Shown here: in pieces, positions 59,420 to 64,000 of the stretch
Position numbering within the stretch: position 1 is the first letter of the stretch
Layout of the letters: every line of letters begins with the position of its first letter
Origin: Neophaeotheca triangularis
Lineage: Eukaryota
Direction of reading: 5' to 3'
Length of the DNA: 64,000 bases
NCBI GenBank assembly: GCA_054600435.1
Contig: BAAIJX010000030.1
Span: 1-64,000 of the forward strand
Translations under genes and position numbers: made by a program
The notes under the pieces: model-generated
Told to the model about the DNA's origin: nothing
The model's input: the letters and a program-made list of their open reading frames with translations, nothing else
Databases searched by the model: none

Positions 59420-60774
59420 TCACTCCTTCCCACTCGACCCGGGCGTCTTGGGCGACAGCTCGTCGGTGATGTTCTGCGCGTCTTTCCACGCGAGAGCTAC
59501 GAATCTGCCAAACGCGAGCGGTGGGTCGCGGGGGTTAGTTGGAAGCCGGGGGTTTTTTTTTTTCTAAGATGATGGGGGCTGGGGGGAGAGGCAGATTTGA
59601 TCGGGAAGGGCGTTGGGGCTTTTTTGCCCGACTGGGATGGGTTTGATGGGGTTGGGAGACGAGACGAGACGAAACGCACTTTGTGTGGCTTCCTCGCGCG
59701 ACGAGCTCGTTTTTGTCGTTGCGGAAGAGGATGGTGGTGTAGGCGAGGGTTTTGCCGACTAACGGGGTTTTTTTGTGTCGTGTTAGTAACTGTACTTTAT
59801 AGTAAATGCAGGTCCTGGTAGTTGGGGGGTTCGCGTACATTTATCGCAGCTTTGGGAATTTGCGTCTTTGTTAGCAAGCGGACTGGTTTGTTTTTGGGTT
59901 GTCTCGTCTGGAGACTGACACGCGAGATGGGATCGCAGGGGAAGAAAAAAGCTCAACTCACGTCACTTCAGCGCGGATGGTGTCTCCGATCTTGCCGCCG
60001 GAGTTGAGGTACGTGACTATGTTCGCTCGTCAGCTGACATAGCCCATGGCCTCCATCAAAACGGAGCCAAGTCGGCCGACGAATTGCACTGCTACTCACC
60101 GCTCAAATCCGTACTCACACCCGTCGCGAAGAGCCCCCTCGAAGCCACGGCAAGACTTCCTCCCAAATCGACCATGCTGGCTATTGTGCCACCATGGAGG
60201 ATGTTGAGGCGGTTCTACAGTGGCAGAACGTCAGGATCAGTCTTGCGGGAGCTTGGGAGAGGTTGCTGGAAGGGTTTCCGCCTGAGAACCGGAACGGATG
60301 CTCGGCTTACCGTGTGGTGTTTTTCGATGGGGAGTTCGAAATTGACGGTCCCCGGGCGAGCGGCTGTTACGCGGAGCTGGAGTGGTGAAACTTCGAGTTA
60401 GTAGATGGTTTTGGCCATGGTGAAGCGATCTGAGTTTGTTGAAGAGGTCTGGAAAGCTGTATAATTCTCTCTCGACGGAAACGGTCAGGGGCATTTGGGG
60501 GTCAAGTTCGTCGACGGTTGCTTAGGAGAGGCCGCGATCATGGACTGAGATTGATCGGAACTGCAAGACTCACGCCATCAACCAATCTGAGTCCAGAGTC
60601 AGTACTTCCTAACACTCAAACCCATTCCTTGTCCAATACTCACCTTGGTTCCAGCCCAGAATTGGCCCGGAAAGATTGCCAGACCTGCGAGAAAAAGCAA
60701 TGTCAATTGGCTTCCCAAAAGATTGTTTAGATTTTTAGATTACCGACCGACTCGACAAATTTAAGAGCAGACAT
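59420..60774 (-). CDS. PaaI/hot-dog-fold acyl-CoA thioesterase (ACOT13/THEM2-like), 163 aa; 9 exons: 60774-60748, 60684-60644, 60586-60574, 60376-60311, 60214-60100, 60016-59962, 59849-59839, 59758-59680, 59504-59420
   Basis: Spliced product MSALKFVESVWQSFRANSGLEPRLVDGLRVTAARPGTVNFELPIEKHHTNRLNILHGGTIASMVDLGGSLAVASRGLFATGVSTDLSVTYLNSGGKIGDTIRAEVTCDKFGKTLAYTTILFRNDKNELVARGSHTKFVALAWKD...; contains the HGG motif; total 492 nt. Confidence 0.88.
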
Positions 60775-61203
60775 TGTTGTGTGGCTGTATCGTGACGATG
60801 AACTGAGCATTGGGGGAAAGGTGGTTGTAGAGCTTAGGTACTGCCTTTCCACCGTGCATGAGATGTGATGTGATTGGCTGGGGTGGATATATGGCTTGGC
60901 GACTCTGCTGTATAGAAGACTGGACGACTATCACGTTTTGACATTGTACGGACAGCTATGGCTGTGGTCTAGCTGAACAAACCTTTTAGATAGTCAGGTG
61001 AAGTACTAGCAACACTGGAATCGACTTTCTACCAGTAGTCATTCAAACGCTGCTCGGTTCATATTTGCAACATTCACTGTAGTTTCCCCATCTGATGATG
61101 AGCATGTGAGAGGCTGCTCTGAACTCCATTGCAACAAAAGGGTATCGTATTGACCATTGCACCTACACAAACTTACAACCCTTCCTCGTTCGTACATCCC
61201 CGC

Positions 61204-62123
61204 TCACACCACGCAAGCCCACCCGAAACTGCCATCAAATTCCCAGGTACCTGGCTCTTCCTTTAACCGCACCTGCTCAAAGCTCGGTACTTCGTTAGGC
61301 GCATACGATTCGAGCAGCTGAATCATATCTTCGTCCTCCATGGCACAAAGCTCCTCGAGACTCCACTCTACACACACCTTACTCATCCTACGGAGGAACT
61401 GTCAGCGCTTCCCTCTCGACGTCAAGTCTCTCCCACCAAACTCACCATTTCATCCGCTTAGGTCCTTCGTCGTTCCCCGGCGCCACTTCCCTCAGCTTCT
61501 TTCTCAACATCCCGACCTTGCTAATGGCATCCCCAAGATTCTCCGGCAGCGTCTTGGCAATCCTCTGCCGTATCAAGGCCGCCATCTTGGGGCCATTACC
61601 ATTTGTACTGACCATAATCTGCAACGGGCCATCTCTATGCACACTTCCAAAGTAAAAATCACATTCCGGCGGCACGTCGGCGATGTTGGCAGCTATGCGC
61701 TTCTCCTTGCAAAGTTTCCAAATGCGCGAGCTGGCCTCGGGGTCGTCGATGGCGGTGAGCACGAGGCTGATGTCCGGGTCGTCGAGGTCGGTGGGCTCAA
61801 AGACGCGGTCGAAGTAGGTGACTTGATTGTGCTCGATACGGTGGGCGACTTCAGGATTCAGGCCGTCGCGCGGGCTAATGACTGTCACGTTTGCGTCGGC
61901 GTTGAGGAGGTTGAGGACGCGGCCGGCTGCTACCTGTGATTGAGATCACTGTGTCAATCTCTGTGTCAGAACGGCGCGTGTGTGGGACATTGTGGATGCG
62001 TCGGAATTACGGGGGTTTGCGTCTTACCTCGCCGCCTCCGATGACTAGGACTTTTTTGTTGCGGACTTGCCAGGCTAGGATGAGCGATCCTCCGCCTTGG
62101 ACTTGGGGAAAGGTCTCGCCCAT
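61204..62123 (-). CDS. MET8: Precorrin-2 dehydrogenase/sirohydrochlorin ferrochelatase, 255 aa; exons 62123-62028, 61933-61446, 61387-61204
   Basis: SLILAWQVRNKKVLVIGGGEVAAGR, LVLTAIDD, ANIADVPPECDFYFGS, LQIMVSTNGNGPK and RMKWMSKVC. Confidence 0.93.
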
Positions 62124-62856
62124 GGTGACAACGGGTGGAGGGCCAAGGGGTTCGTGGAGATGTGGAGTGGAGAGTAGCAGAGGTGTAAGAGGCGAAAAGT
62201 ATGAGATGGTGAGACGTCGAGGGACGAGAAGTGGTGAAGTTAGTTGATCTGTTAGAAAAGGAATCGTCACATGTCTGACGGAGATGGCTACGCTACCTCA
62301 GGAAGTATTTAGAAAGGGACTGCGGATAGATATCATCGAAAGATGGCGGTGATAGCGCAAGCGGCGGGCCGGCGGGCAAGCTAGTCTCGAAAGAAGGGAA
62401 AAGTTAAGTCAAGGACGGCGATAATCCCGTTATTATTAAAACGATACAGAATCCGGGCTACTAGGGAGTACCTAGGTTAGGTACATGCGGAGGTGAAGAG
62501 TTCGCACGCCATGCGGTATCAAGTATCTACTGTATCATCATCATCAAGTGGACGAGCTCTCCCGCGGGACAGAAAGAAAGAAAAAGAGTTGCGCGTACTA
62601 GTACTTTATTAGTAGGGACCGTAATTGTAAGTCACTGTAGGTATTGTGTATATCCATACTAAACAGAACTACTACCTTATGTACTCTATGCCTAGTCGAG
62701 ACGAGACCGGAAGCTAAGGATTACCCAAGACGGCATGCCTAAACGGTCGAGGAGTAGTACTGATACAACACGGAAAATTGGTCTCGATCGTTGCGAAGAA
62801 GATCGGGGAGGCAAAAGGTGACTCGTAGGGAGGGAGTCGGAGAGGCCGGGTAAGGA

Positions 62857-62940
62857 ACTACTACTAATGACTTTTACTACTAGATACTACTACTAGGTAC
62901 TACTACTAGGTACTACTACTACTACTACTACTACTACTAA
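62857..62940. repeat. Compound (TAC)n microsatellite in the MET8-SFL1 divergent intergenic region
   Basis: tactactactagg x2 followed by about (tac)9. Confidence 0.9.
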
Positions 62941-63634
62941 TAGTGCTAGTTGCTACCTCCTGAGCCACGCGCAAAGTGCATGAAGATCAAGATCCCTGCC
63001 CGAGGATGCAGAATGGACGATTAAATGCGAGGAATAGGGATGCAATTTGCTTCGTATACTGGCCATCTTCCATACTTTTACTCCACAATCTATCAATACC
63101 TAGGTCTACTCTGCGTACCATTATAAGATTATTATTCCTACTTCCCCCCTCCTTTCCCCCCCACAGATTAGACGGGCATGTTCCATGCACACGAAACGGC
63201 CCGCTACTGATGAGGGAGCCCTTGGGGTTTCGGTTTCAGGTGCCAGTCCTTGTTGAATATTATCATCAAAGCTTCAACGCCGCCAAACTGCTTTCCCTCC
63301 CCCCTCCCCCCTCCTCCCTCCCCTCCATTCCATTGCTACTGCACCGCCGTATCTTATAATCCCCCGAAGATTTTTTTTGTCGATCATTGCCCTCGAGTCA
63401 ACCGAGACAACCAACGCCATGTCTTGAAGCTCAAGCATCCGCTCTAGCCCTTACCGATTGCCATACCTCGACTGTTGCGATTCAAGCATCCACCAAGCTT
63501 GACCCATCGCCCTCTCGCCGAGACTACTCGATACCGTCCCTCTCTGAGATACAGTATCGCCTGGGGAAGATCGTACTTGAAGAATCAAGAGCAGGGAACT
63601 GCGCATTGCGCTCGACATATCGTACACTCCTTCG

Positions 63635-64000
63635 ATGGCAGCTGTTGGGGAACCGTTGAGGAGGAGCCCTTTTATGAACGAGCACCATAGACCACACAAC
63701 CCTGGCGCATACAAATCGCTGCCTATACTCCCTTCTTCTGCTGCTCAGTATCGGGACCAAGGCGACAGAATGGACATGACACAGTCCGGCCAGCAGCAGC
63801 AGCAACAGTCGCATCACTCGCAACTCAATGCGCAGACGAACATGGGGCCCCCACCAAGTAGTCCGAACGGGGACAGGACGAGCGAGCATCATACATCGGG
63901 AGGACAGTACAGCGACCAGTCCAATGGAAACTTCAACCAGCCTGTTGGCGCCGCAGCAGCAGCCCAACAGCCCAAGGTCGTTCAGACCGCTTTTATACAC
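63635..64000 (+). CDS. SFL1: HSF-type transcription factor Sfl1 (5' part only; runs off the window)
   Basis: Open frame MAAVGEPLRRSPFMNEHH...GAAAAAQQPKVVQTAFIH ends at the start of an HSF DNA-binding domain (AFIHKL type). Not listed in the ORF track. Confidence 0.8.
   Translation, partial: MAAVGEPLRRSPFMNEHHRPHNPGAYKSLPILPSSAAQYRDQGDRMDMTQSGQQQQQQSHHSQLNAQTNMGPPPSSPNGDRTSEHHTSGGQYSDQSNGNFNQPVGAAAAAQQPKVVQTAFIH

Noticed and set aside
60377..60573. C/D snoRNA in the 197-nt thioesterase intron 3
   Set aside because: Only a degenerate C box (ATGATCG) and a CTGA are present, with no terminal stem or recognisable rRNA guide.
61204..61218. CaaX motif at the Met8 C-terminus (WACVV)
   Set aside because: The Cys is third from the end, not fourth.

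Overview
Gene-dense euchromatic segment of a filamentous ascomycete genome (Pezizomycotina; probably Dothideomycetes, inferred from intron signals, F-box gene style and RIP). About 20 protein-coding genes were reconstructed by hand with GT-AG introns, and the spliced lengths are multiples of 3. They are a conserved fungal hypothetical with a possible dead nuclease fold, a PlsC acyltransferase, an FAD monooxygenase, two F-box proteins, a coiled-coil hypothetical, an LRR protein, a divergent Prp4-like kinase, HPT1/XPT1, a Ran1/Sks1-like kinase, a Ubp16/USP30-like protease, mitoribosomal bL9m, a small putative mitochondrial membrane protein, GAL1, an M19 dipeptidase, ARP9, AIM21, eIF4G, a 9-exon PaaI thioesterase, MET8 and the 5' end of SFL1. 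One full-length 1.3-kb Tc1-like (DD34E) transposon, inactivated by RIP, sits upstream of HPT1. Its ends lack the TA target duplication expected for this superfamily, which is the most unusual observation here. Other leads are the Prp4-like kinase lacking the activation-loop Tyr, tandem SxIP (EB1-binding) motifs on the LRR protein, 11- and 13-nt microexons, uORFs and an in-frame retainable intron in eIF4G. No rRNA, tRNA or CRISPR was seen. All assignments come from motif recognition by eye; no database searches were run.
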